A stretch of 64,000 bases of DNA, from contig CAJJIY010000002.1 in the NCBI GenBank assembly GCA_905187695.1, forward strand, positions 46 through 64,045. The letters are read 5' to 3'. The stretch comes from an uncultured Eubacteriales bacterium. Lineage in GTDB: Bacteria > Bacillota > Clostridia > Oscillospirales > CAG-272. Position numbers and translations under genes: made by a program. A model generated the notes under the pieces. That model ran no database searches. It worked only from the letters and a program-made list of their open reading frames with translations, and was not told the DNA's origin. Every line of letters starts with the position of its first letter. The first letter of the stretch is position 1. Shown here piece after piece: positions 42,316-51,736 of this stretch.

Positions 42316-43380
42316 TTAAAATCCTCCTTCATTCCAATGGGCAAAAAGCGAGAGCACCAGCGCCTTGACCGATTCATAGTCGGCAAGCGAGGCCACCGAA
42401 CAGGGCGCGTGCAGGTAACGGGTAGCCAGCGACAGCGCCAGGCACCGCACGCCCACGCCCGTGCGCTGAATTTTGGCGGCATCGTTTCCGCCGGACACGA
42501 AACGCTTGACCTGCGCCGGGATCTTTTCGGACCCGGCAAGTGCCAGCGCAAAATCGACAAACGCCCGGTCATAGACCGTGCCGTTGTCGCAAAGCGAGAG
42601 TACCCCGCCCGAACCGACATCGGCCACCCGCCGATGCGCGGGCACATCCGGCAGATCGGCAATCGCCGTGGTCTCCAGCACAATGGAAAAGTCGGGGGAA
42701 AGATTCTGCGCCACGGTTTTGGCGCCGGTCAGACCGATTTCTTCCCGCACCGTAAAGGCCATATAAAGGTCAACGGGAAGTTCTTTCCCTTCCAGTTCAC
42801 GCAACATTTCGATCATGGCGGCGCATCCCATCCGGTCATCCAGTGCTTTGCAGGCAACATATTCGCCATTGGCGCCCAGCAAGGTAAAATCACTGTCAAA
42901 AGTACCTTCCGTGCCGATCTCCACCAACTTTTCGCTTTCCTCACGACTGTCTGTACCGATATCAATGGAGAAATCGTCCGCTGCGGGCATTTTTTCCCGC
43001 TCTTCTTTGTTCTGAAGGTGAATTCCCTTGGCAATGATGACACCCGAAAGATCGCCTTCTTTGCCAAGTAAAGTAACGGCTCGTCCGCAAAGCACGCGGG
43101 GGTCAATGCCGCCCACATTGGCAAAACGCAGATAGCCTTCCTTGGTAATCTCGGTGACAATGAAGCCCACCTCGTCCATGTGCGCCGAAACCAGCACACG
43201 GGGGGCGCCCACCTGCCCTTGTTTGTGCGCGATCAGGTTGCCGAGCCTGTCCCGCGTAAGCGAAACGGAAAGGCCGGAAAGTTCGGCTTCGATGGCGTCG
43301 GCCACGCGCGCCTCTTCCCCGCTGGGTGCGGGAATAAGCGAGAGTTCTTTAATCAGTTCGACCCCGGTTTTCATCCGCAC
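42316..43380 (-). CDS. M42-family metallopeptidase, copy 2
   Basis: SAHMDEVGFIVT motif. 354 aa. Confidence 0.85.
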   Translation of the reverse strand: MRMKTGVELIKELSLIPAPSGEEARVADAIEAELSGLSVSLTRDRLGNLIAHKQGQVGAPRVLVSAHMDEVGFIVTEITKEGYLRFANVGGIDPRVLCGRAVTLLGKEGDLSGVIIAKGIHLQNKEEREKMPAADDFSIDIGTDSREESEKLVEIGTEGTFDSDFTLLGANGEYVACKALDDRMGCAAMIEMLRELEGKELPVDLYMAFTVREEIGLTGAKTVAQNLSPDFSIVLETTAIADLPDVPAHRRVADVGSGGVLSLCDNGTVYDRAFVDFALALAGSEKIPAQVKRFVSGGNDAAKIQRTGVGVRCLALSLATRYLHAPCSVASLADYESVKALVLSLFAHWNEGGF

Positions 43381-44402
43381 ACCTCCTTATCGGTGATAAA
43401 CAGTCTGACCAGTTCCCGGAGGTTCTCCGCATCCGTAAGATCCAGAATTTCATGATCAGTGTGCATGCCGCGCACCGGCAGTCCGGCATTCACCGTCGGA
43501 ATGCCTGCGCCGGTCAGATTGACCGCCGGCGCATTTGTACCGGTACTGTTCGGCAAAGCAATCGGCTGTACCGGAATCCCGGCCGCCGCCGCGCGTGCCT
43601 CCAGCGACCGGCGCAACCGCTTGTCCAGCACCGGGCCGCGCGTAAGAGAAGGGCCGCCGCCGAGTTTGACCGTATCGGCCTCTTTTGTGCCGGGCATGGC
43701 GGCCAGATCCGCGTCCAGCACCATGGCACGGTCCGGATTTACGGAAAGCGCCGCCGATGAAACGCCGCCGAAAGCGCCGGTCTCTTCCCGAACCGAAAAG
43801 AGCAGATAAACATCCCCCGCCAGTTCCTCGCGCGGGGTAGAAAGAAGCGCCTCCGCAGCAATGGCACAGCAGGCCTTGTTATCAAAGCTTTTACCGGTCA
43901 GACGTTTGCCGGCAAGATGCCGGAACCGGGGAGCAAAACCGACCGGCGTGCCGATCGGCGCGATTTTTTCCAATTCTTCTTTGGAATATCCGGTATCCAC
44001 CAACAGATCGCCCAATTCCGGAAGAACGGCCTTTCCGTCCTTTGCGGCCAGATGCGGCGGTGTGGAAGAAAGAATGCCCGAAATGGTTTTTTCTCCGTAA
44101 ATGACCACCGGCGCGGAAGAGAGCGTCCGGCGGTCCAGTCCGCCTATCGGCGCCAACTTCAGAAATCCGCCCTCCTCAATACCGCACACATACATTCCGA
44201 TCTCGTCAAAATGCGCGTCCAACAGGATGCGCGGTGCGCCCTCACGGCCGCACCGCCGGAGATAGATCCGGTTTCCCAACGCGTCCGTTTGGGTTTGGTC
44301 AAACCCGAACATGAGTTTTTCAAGCGATTCTTTTGCCGCGCTTTCCCTGCCCGAAACACTGGGCAAGGAGGCAAAGGCAATGATTTTTTCTTCTAAATTC
44401 AC
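43371..44402 (-). CDS. M42-family metallopeptidase, copy 1
   Basis: DAHFDEIGMYVC motif. 343 aa. Overlaps its neighbours by 4-10 nt. Confidence 0.8.
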   Translation of the reverse strand: MNLEEKIIAFASLPSVSGRESAAKESLEKLMFGFDQTQTDALGNRIYLRRCGREGAPRILLDAHFDEIGMYVCGIEEGGFLKLAPIGGLDRRTLSSAPVVIYGEKTISGILSSTPPHLAAKDGKAVLPELGDLLVDTGYSKEELEKIAPIGTPVGFAPRFRHLAGKRLTGKSFDNKACCAIAAEALLSTPREELAGDVYLLFSVREETGAFGGVSSAALSVNPDRAMVLDADLAAMPGTKEADTVKLGGGPSLTRGPVLDKRLRRSLEARAAAAGIPVQPIALPNSTGTNAPAVNLTGAGIPTVNAGLPVRGMHTDHEILDLTDAENLRELVRLFITDKEVCG

Positions 44403-45811
44403 TTCGTTTCCTTTCCCGATTTTTCCCGCGCAAGCGCGGTAAAAAAATCGCCTCTTTCTTCAAAATCACGGAATTCACCGAATGCGGTGCACCCCGGCGA
44501 AAGCAAAACCGTATCGCCCGGCCGCGCCGCCGATGACGCCGCCTCAAAAGCCTCCCGGAAGGAGGAAAAGGCCACCGCCGGAATCCGGTCATTCACATCA
44601 GTCAGGATTTCGGTAGCCGTCTCTCCGTAAAGGAACACGGCACACGCACCTGCCGCCAGTGTGTCGGCCAACGGGGAAAGCGAAATCCCCTTCCCTCTGC
44701 CGCCGGCAATCACCAGCGGTTTTTTGGAAAAAATGGAAAGCGCCGCGGCCGTCCGGGTCGGGGAGGTGTCAATGGAACTGTCAATATAGGTCACGCCCCC
44801 CACCGTACAGACCGTCTGAAGCCGATGCGGCACACCGCCGAAAGCAAAAAGCGCCGACAACAACGCATCCCCCGGCACACCCGTCAGAAACGGGAAAGCG
44901 GCGCCCGCCGCGGCCAGATTTTTGCGGTTATGAATCCCCGGCAACCGGTAGGCCGATGCGATCCGCAAGCTCCAGAGCCGGCTTCCGGCGCGGACGCAGA
45001 GAACATCGCCCTCATAATAAGTGCCCTGTCCCCCCGGCGGCAGTTCGCCGGCGCCCGAACTGGTAAAAAAAGCGATCGGCGCGGTCTGACCTCTGGCCAA
45101 CCGGCGGCACTCGGCATCCTCTACCGACAGCACCAGCCGGGTGGCTCCCTGTAGGATATGAGCCTTGGCCGCCCGGTACTCGGCAAAATCATGGTGCCAG
45201 TTGAGGTGATTGGGAGTCAGATTGGTGATGACCGCCGTGCCGGGAAAAGCGGCCAGCGTCATCAGCTGAAAACTGGACAGTTCCAGTACGGCAAAATCGG
45301 TTTCGCGCATCCCGTCAAGGTAGGGCAAAAGAGACACGCCGTTATTTCCGCCCGAATAGACCCGCTGTCCGGTCGTCTCAAGCAACGCCCGCAACAAGGC
45401 GGTGGTGGTGCTCTTCCCGTCCGAGCCGGTCACGCCGAACAAACGGCAGGGACACGCCGACAGGAAAAGTTCGGTCTCGCCCGACAGCTCCCCGCCCGAT
45501 GAAAGGCAGGCGCGGATCCCCGGCAGATCGGGCCGGATCCCGGGCGAACGGAAAAGAATGTCTTCTTCAAATACCGGCGGAAACGGCCCGGTTACAAAAC
45601 GCACCCCGGCACGGCGGTAGCGTGCGGCATCCGGCCCTTCCGTTTTTTCATCGTACACCGTCAAAACAGCGCCCGACGGCAGGAGAAAATCACACACAGC
45701 GCGATTGGACCGGCCAAACCCCAGCAATCCCACGCGCTTTCCGGAAAAATGCTTACGCACTCGGTCTGAAATCATCGGCACCTCGTTGTAAAACAAATAT
45801 TTCCTTAACAT
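44399..45811 (-). CDS. murD: UDP-N-acetylmuramoyl-L-alanine--D-glutamate ligase
   Basis: GVTGSDGKSTT P-loop and Mur ligase architecture. The start is ambiguous (45811 or the ATG at 45775). Confidence 0.88.
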   Translation of the reverse strand: MLRKYLFYNEVPMISDRVRKHFSGKRVGLLGFGRSNRAVCDFLLPSGAVLTVYDEKTEGPDAARYRRAGVRFVTGPFPPVFEEDILFRSPGIRPDLPGIRACLSSGGELSGETELFLSACPCRLFGVTGSDGKSTTTALLRALLETTGQRVYSGGNNGVSLLPYLDGMRETDFAVLELSSFQLMTLAAFPGTAVITNLTPNHLNWHHDFAEYRAAKAHILQGATRLVLSVEDAECRRLARGQTAPIAFFTSSGAGELPPGGQGTYYEGDVLCVRAGSRLWSLRIASAYRLPGIHNRKNLAAAGAAFPFLTGVPGDALLSALFAFGGVPHRLQTVCTVGGVTYIDSSIDTSPTRTAAALSIFSKKPLVIAGGRGKGISLSPLADTLAAGACAVFLYGETATEILTDVNDRIPAVAFSSFREAFEAASSAARPGDTVLLSPGCTAFGEFRDFEERGDFFTALAREKSGKETK

Positions 45812-45961
45812 ATTATACCCGATTCTTCTTTCCGGTGCAAGAGTCCGAAAGACAATTTTGCCGATATTTTAAAAAAATCTCATCGGTGCTTTACAATTTA
45901 CACAAAATATGGTATACTATGAAGAGTGAATTCCCCATCCCTTGGGGTAAAAGGAGGAAAT

Positions 45962-47965
45962 ATGGCTGCAAAAGCTACCGCAAAACAATACGGAAACGCC
46001 AGCATTACCGCCCTCAAAGGCGCGGACCGCGTCCGGAAGCGCCCGGGCGTCATTTTCGGTTCGGACGGTCTGGACGGATGCGAGCATTCCTTCTTTGAAA
46101 TCCTCTCCAATGCCGTAGACGAGGCGCGCGAGGGCCACGGCAACCTCATCACCGTCACGGCTTTCCGCGATTATTCCATTGAGGTGGACGACCACGGACG
46201 CGGCGTCCCGCTCCGTTATAATGAAAAAGAAGGCCGTTACAACTGGGATCTTATTTATTGCGAACTTTACGCGGGCGGCAAATATGACAACAACAAAAAC
46301 GGCGCGGCCTATGAATATTCGCTGGGGCTCAACGGTCTTGGCGCCTGCGCCACTCAGTATTCTTCCGAATACATGAAGGTCCGCTCTTATAACGGCACCG
46401 AGGAGGACAGCATCTCCTTTGAAAAGGGCGAGGTAAAAGGCGAACTGATGACCCGCCCGCTGGAAAAATCCGAGCGGCGGACCGGAACGGTCATCCGTTG
46501 GCGGCCGGATCTGGATGTTTTCACCGATATCCGTATCCCGCCGGAATTTTTCCGGGATACCCTGCACCGGCAGGCAGTGGTCAACCCGGGCATTACTTTC
46601 CTTTTCCGCCTGGAAGAAGCGGACGGGCATTTTTCGGAAGAACGGTATGTTTACGAGCACGGCATTTCGGACTACATTGCCGAGCGTGCCGGAGACAGCG
46701 CACGCACCGAGCCGGTGCTCTGGCATCTGGAAACGATGGGGCGCGACCGTGCCGACAAAGAAGATTACAAACTGAAGGCCGACATCTCTTTTTGCGTATC
46801 CAACACGGTCAATGCGCTGGAATATTATCACAACTCCAGCTATCTGGAATACGGCGGTTCCCCCGACCGCGCCGTGCGTTCAGCTTTCCTCTTCACACTG
46901 GATAACTATCTGAAGGCAAACGGAAAATATACAAAAAACGAATCCAAGATTACCTTTCAGGATATTGCCGACTGCCTGCTTTTGGTCATCAACAGTTTTT
47001 CCACGCTGACTTCTTATGAAAACCAGACCAAAAAATCCATCACCAACAGCTTCATTGCCGAGGCGCTCAACAAATTCCTGCGCGAAAAACTGCAGATTTA
47101 TCTGATTGAACACCCGGCTGAGGCGGAACTTTTCGCAGGGCAGGTACTCATCAACAAGCGAAGCCGCGAAAACGCAGAGGCCACCCGGCTGAACCTGAAA
47201 AAGAAACTGACCGGCACGATCGATATTGCCAACCGGGTGGAAAAGTTTGTGGGGTGCCGCTCGAAAGATCCCAATGTGCGCGAACTTTATATCGTGGAGG
47301 GCGATTCGGCACTGACCTCCTGCAAACTGGGGCGTGCCGCCGAATTTCAGGCCATCATCCCGGTGCGTGGTAAAACGCTCAACTGCGTAAAAGCTTCTTA
47401 TGACCGGATCTTCAAGAGCGAAATCATCACCGATCTTTTGCGCGTGATCGGTTGCGGCGTTGAAATTGACGGAAAGATCAAGGGCGACATCAGCCGCTTT
47501 GATTTTTCGCTCCTGCGTTGGTCCAAAATCATCATCTGCACCGATGCCGACGAAGACGGCTTCCAGATCCGCACATTGCTTCTCACGCTCTTTTACCGTC
47601 TTCTGCCCACCCTGCTCCGTGAACGGCGGATTTTTATCGCGGAATCTCCGCTTTTTGAAATCACGACCAAGGATCAAATTCTCTTTGCCTATAACGAATT
47701 TGAAAAAACCGAAATCCTTCGCAAGCTGGAAAGTGAAAATCGAAAATACACTCTCCAGCGTTCCAAGGGACTTGGCGAAAACGAACCGGAGATGATGTGG
47801 CAGACCACCATGAATCCGGCCACGCGCCGTCTTATTTCAGTAGAGCCTGCCGATGTGGCTCGCACCGAATATATGTTTGATGTGCTGATGGGCGACAACC
47901 TGGCAGAACGCAAAAATTTCATTGCCGAGCACGGCTTTGAATATGTCAAAGACGCGGATATCTAA
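45962..47965 (+). CDS. Type IIA DNA topoisomerase subunit B (GyrB/ParE-like paralog)
   Basis: GHKL ATPase (EILSNAVDEA, GLNGLGA), Toprim (YIVEGDSA, PVRGKTLN, DADEDGFQI), QRSKGLGE. ATG at 45962 after AAAGGAGGAAAT. Confidence 0.88.
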   Translation: MAAKATAKQYGNASITALKGADRVRKRPGVIFGSDGLDGCEHSFFEILSNAVDEAREGHGNLITVTAFRDYSIEVDDHGRGVPLRYNEKEGRYNWDLIYCELYAGGKYDNNKNGAAYEYSLGLNGLGACATQYSSEYMKVRSYNGTEEDSISFEKGEVKGELMTRPLEKSERRTGTVIRWRPDLDVFTDIRIPPEFFRDTLHRQAVVNPGITFLFRLEEADGHFSEERYVYEHGISDYIAERAGDSARTEPVLWHLETMGRDRADKEDYKLKADISFCVSNTVNALEYYHNSSYLEYGGSPDRAVRSAFLFTLDNYLKANGKYTKNESKITFQDIADCLLLVINSFSTLTSYENQTKKSITNSFIAEALNKFLREKLQIYLIEHPAEAELFAGQVLINKRSRENAEATRLNLKKKLTGTIDIANRVEKFVGCRSKDPNVRELYIVEGDSALTSCKLGRAAEFQAIIPVRGKTLNCVKASYDRIFKSEIITDLLRVIGCGVEIDGKIKGDISRFDFSLLRWSKIIICTDADEDGFQIRTLLLTLFYRLLPTLLRERRIFIAESPLFEITTKDQILFAYNEFEKTEILRKLESENRKYTLQRSKGLGENEPEMMWQTTMNPATRRLISVEPADVARTEYMFDVLMGDNLAERKNFIAEHGFEYVKDADI

Positions 47966-48016
47966 ACAAAAAAAGGGATCCGAGGGCTATGCTCTCGGAT
48001 CCCTTTTTTGCTTGAT

Positions 48017-49585
48017 TTATTTTACACGATAATAAACGGTTTTCCCATCCTGAACTCCACTGAAAAGAAGAGCCTCGCCGATTTCGCTCTCCACTTTGCA
48101 AACCGGCATTTCACGGAATGACATCAACACCTTTCCGTCACTGCCGCAAAGCAGATAGTTTCCGCCGGATTCACCTTCCGGTGAAAAGAGAATATAGTAA
48201 GAGTCGGTGAATGAAAGCAGACGTTTCCCCGTTGTACTATCCGTCAAAGGCGTCATCAGGCCGTCAAAAAGATAGCTTTCTCCATTGCGGGTGAAAAGGA
48301 GGTTATCTCCCACTCTTCCTTTGTAAGCGTAATCCTGCGCGTCATAAGAGAAAATGGCTGTCAGATCGGTGTTGTAGATGCGCGTTTCGGAGAGAATATA
48401 TTTCCCGGTCAGCGCACGCGCTCCGCTGATCTCTCCAATCATTTCCCCTTCCTTGGAAAGCAGATAGGTAATGCCAAGGGAAGTTTTCAGCGAAAAACGA
48501 TCCGTACCGATGGCCTGCGGAAGGCTGAATCCCTGACCGGGCGCCATCACCGACAGCTCGCGATCCAGCTCGCCGCTGTCCTTCAGCAGATAGATCCGTT
48601 GATTTTTGACCGAAACATCAATGAGTTTGTTCTCGATCGGGAAACAGAAAGCCACATTTTGGATCTTTTTCCGGAAGCAGTATTCGTCCATCTGATTGAA
48701 AGAACTGCTGTCCATCACACCGCGCGCCAAAACCCGAACAAACGTGTAATCGGATTTCAACTCCTTAATTTTTCCGCTATCAGACTGATAAATACCGGTC
48801 TTGACGATCCTCTTTTCTCCGTCTGCCTGATAGTCGTAGTCTTTCGCCGTTTCAGGCACGACATAGGAGTATTGGAAAAGGATGTTTCCGTCCGAAAGCA
48901 GAAAAGCCGCTCCGTTTGCATAGCCGGGAAAATCATAGCGGTAAACCGGACGGCAGGTCCTGTCATAAATGGTAAAGCCATCGCTCCCGATCTGGTAATA
49001 ACGATCTCCCACACCGTGCGTAAGCTTCGGCAGTGCGCCCGAAAGGTCCCCGTGCGTAAAGGATTTTTCCATCGTACCGTCTTTTGAAAGACGATAACAC
49101 TCTCCGTCAAACAGAACCAGGTTCAGCACAGAGGAAACGGGGCGGTCTCCCTGCGCCATTTGAAGTTCGCTGCCGGCGGCGTTATACAGGGTGGTGGTGT
49201 AATTTTTGTCCTCGCCAATAGTCTCTTGCTTTACCACGCGAAAATACGGAATATCCATGGTTTCAAACAGCTGAACGTTCAGCGTCGAATTTTCGGTGTC
49301 GCTCTGTTCGAAAATCGTTTTGTCATTCAAAAGATGATATACGGTGTGCAGTGTCTTGCCGTCAACCGTCGAAATCAGATAACAGAGCGTCTCGTTGGAG
49401 CTCATTAAAACTTTTCCGGAAAGAGACTCAATCTGCTTTGCGGAAACGAGGGGCTGCGCCGTTTCATATTTTTCTGTCGTAAACGCTTTTTTAACAGTCA
49501 CCTGCATGGGCGTTGAACAAGCGGTCAAAACCAGCGCCATCAAAAGCAAAAGCGAAAGAAGGGCAAGTAGCCGAATGTGTTTCAT
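48017..49585 (-). CDS. Lipoprotein of unknown function (522 aa)
   Basis: Signal peptide ending in the lipobox LTAC. Aromatic/Gly-rich repeats suggest a beta-rich fold. No family recognised. Confidence 0.7.
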   Translation of the reverse strand: MKHIRLLALLSLLLLMALVLTACSTPMQVTVKKAFTTEKYETAQPLVSAKQIESLSGKVLMSSNETLCYLISTVDGKTLHTVYHLLNDKTIFEQSDTENSTLNVQLFETMDIPYFRVVKQETIGEDKNYTTTLYNAAGSELQMAQGDRPVSSVLNLVLFDGECYRLSKDGTMEKSFTHGDLSGALPKLTHGVGDRYYQIGSDGFTIYDRTCRPVYRYDFPGYANGAAFLLSDGNILFQYSYVVPETAKDYDYQADGEKRIVKTGIYQSDSGKIKELKSDYTFVRVLARGVMDSSSFNQMDEYCFRKKIQNVAFCFPIENKLIDVSVKNQRIYLLKDSGELDRELSVMAPGQGFSLPQAIGTDRFSLKTSLGITYLLSKEGEMIGEISGARALTGKYILSETRIYNTDLTAIFSYDAQDYAYKGRVGDNLLFTRNGESYLFDGLMTPLTDSTTGKRLLSFTDSYYILFSPEGESGGNYLLCGSDGKVLMSFREMPVCKVESEIGEALLFSGVQDGKTVYYRVK

Positions 49586-49679
49586 AATCGCTCCTTTTCA
49601 CGGAATAATCCGTGTTCCGGTCAAAAAAACCGCGGCCAGAGACGGGAAGCAGGCCATTGCGGGCAATGCTCCTGACGTT

Positions 49680-49708
49680 ATTATAACATAAGCGCAAAGT
49701 AAAATCAA
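49680..49708 (-). promoter_or_regulatory. Sigma-A promoter of the lipoprotein gene
   Basis: On the minus strand: TTGATT (49708-49703), 17-nt spacer, TATAAT (49685-49680). Confidence 0.55.
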
Positions 49709-49785
49709 GATTTTATGTGAGACTCAGCGGCAAGATTTATCAAGATTTATAATAAAATCGCGGCAGGTCATTTTTGAAGCATCCG

Positions 49786-49835
49786 AAAAGCTCTGCGGGC
49801 CGAGTATCGCCATGGCGACGCTCGGCCCGCAGAGC
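49786..49835 (-). terminator. Terminator of the 49886 membrane-protein gene
   Basis: 15-bp perfect stem GCTCTGCGGGCCGAG (49790-49804) / CTCGGCCCGCAGAGC (49821-49835). The loop contains the palindrome TCGCCATGGCGA. TTTT follows on the minus strand. Confidence 0.8.
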
Positions 49836-49885
49836 CTGATATTTTGTTCTCTTTACTAAAGGATGGGTGTACTCCGCTTCAGAAA

Positions 49886-50617
49886 TCAGACCAGAAGGAA
49901 CAATGCGGCAAATCCGAAGGCCAGGAAAAAGGTCAACGAACCAAAAAGAAATTCCGAAACAGTGTGCCGTTTCGTCACCACGGAAGCACGGAAAATCAAT
50001 CCGTACACCAATACGCCCGCCGCAATAAAAGCAGGATGCACGGCAATACAAACCAGCACGATCGGGCCGGTGATACTGCAGGAATGGCCGCTGGCACGGA
50101 TGTGCAGAATTTTATTAAAGAAAAGCAGCCAGACTACCGAAAGCAAATATGTCAGGAAAATAAGCAACAGATAGCGGTTGCAACCGGTGACCGTTCCCCA
50201 AACGAAAGCGGCCAGATATCCGCAAAAGCAAAGGAGAAATGCGGTGTTCCGCTCGCCCTCCCGTCCGCGACGGCGGAGGGCCGGAATGAGGCGCGCTACA
50301 GGGTAGGCTAAAATCGGAAACACCGTCAAGGTCAACAATGCAGCCACAATCTCACGCGCTCCCGGAAAAACATCCTTTCTGCACAAGGAAAGAATCAGCA
50401 CCAATACACCGGCCATCAAAGGGGGAACCGACAGTATGCGGATAACCTTGGCTGCACGTTTTTCAAACGCGGAAAAGCCCGTGTTCTTTTTTTCTTCAGG
50501 GGCGGGAGCCTCTGCCTGAGTCGTGTTTTTTGAAACTTCCGGAGAAGCGGATAACTTTCTTTTTTCTTTTTTGCCGGATGCAAAGCGGTCACCGGAAAGA
50601 AATTCGGGATTCTGCAC
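49886..50617 (-). CDS. Integral membrane protein, possibly a divergent PAP2-like phosphatase
   Basis: GTG start after AAGGAGG. Basic N-terminal tail, then about 6 TM helices. SGHS and KRHTVSE motifs faintly resemble PAP2 motifs C2/C3. Confidence 0.55.
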   Translation of the reverse strand: MQNPEFLSGDRFASGKKEKRKLSASPEVSKNTTQAEAPAPEEKKNTGFSAFEKRAAKVIRILSVPPLMAGVLVLILSLCRKDVFPGAREIVAALLTLTVFPILAYPVARLIPALRRRGREGERNTAFLLCFCGYLAAFVWGTVTGCNRYLLLIFLTYLLSVVWLLFFNKILHIRASGHSCSITGPIVLVCIAVHPAFIAAGVLVYGLIFRASVVTKRHTVSEFLFGSLTFFLAFGFAALFLLV

Positions 50618-50858
50618 GGGAAAAGACCTCCTTTATGACGCCGCATGTGAAAGCCGCTGGCGGCTGTGTCGTTGGCGTTCCTTTGCCCTTATTGTAACCG
50701 CAAAACAGCGGCAAAGTCAATCTACACCCACTTTCTGTGCGGAAACTGTTCAAAACCCCAAAGTAGAGCAAAAAATACCGGCTCTACTGTCGGTAGAGTG
50801 CCCCTATCGCATTGGTAGAAACAGATCACCCAAAGATACTTTAAGGGCATAATGTAAG

Positions 50859-50888
50859 AAAAAAAGACCCCGTTCGGGGTCTTTTTTG
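50859..50888. terminator. Bidirectional terminator
   Basis: AAAAAAA-GACCCC-gttc-GGGGTC-TTTTTT. Confidence 0.85.
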
Positions 50889-50925
50889 ACAATTTTCTTT
50901 TCCTTTCGGCAACAAGAGGGCCGCA

Positions 50926-51728
50926 TCAGTTCTCCGCCGGTTCAGTCATCAATGCAACCAGTTTTTCCTGTTCTTCATATGTAAACCCGGCTTCATTCAA
51001 GGTTTGGGGCAGATTCCAGCGTTCAAATGCGTCCAGCAGAGCCTTGATGGTAGCGGGCATGGAGCGATAACAATTGTAATAAATCTGCGGATCCGGAAGA
51101 ACCGCCAACAGCTGGGGCGAAACATGATCCATGCTCCGGTTGACCCCTTTTTCATTATAGATCTCGCTGACTGCGTAATCGGCCACAATATCGTCTGCCG
51201 CCACCCCGCAAAGAAAAAGGACAGTAGCCGCCACAATGCCGGTCCGGTCCTTCCCCGCAGAGCAATGGAAAAGCACACCGCCGTGCGGCAATTTTTCCAA
51301 CAGAAAATGAAGAATCTGAACAACAGCCGCAAGGCTAAACTGAAAGGTTTTGGCGTAATCGGGAATGAGCGCCTCCAGAATATCATCCAATGCAACCGAA
51401 CCGTCCGCACGGTGCGGAATGCCGGCTTCTCCGCGCACGGACAGATCTTTTCCGTGAAAACGAAGTGGAAGAGGTTGATAGATAACCCCTGCCGGCGTCC
51501 TGAGCGGCCGTGCGGCAGTTTCGCGTTCTCCGCGAAGATCCACCACAGCGCAAAGGCCACGATCGGTCAGATATTCCCAGTCCTCTGCCATCAGCCGGCC
51601 GGCGAGTCACTTCTGTACAGTTTGAACCAACAAGTCGTGCGACAGCCCGCCGCCGCAAATCCGCCCAAATCACGGGTATTGAAACTGCCGGAAAGCGGCA
51701 AACGCCTCATAGGCTGAAAATTTTTCAT
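50926..51728 (-). pseudogene. Protein-tyrosine phosphatase (Y_phosphatase3-like, CX5R), reading frame broken by a 1-nt deletion
   Basis: C-terminal 221-aa ORF carries HCSAGKDRTG. The N-terminal 39 codons (MKNFQPMRRLPLSGSFNTRDLGG...LYRSD) lie in another frame, ending at a TGA at 51591-51593. The two parts join across the CCGGCCGG tract (51595-51602). Confidence 0.7.
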
Positions 51729-51736
51729 TTTTCTTT

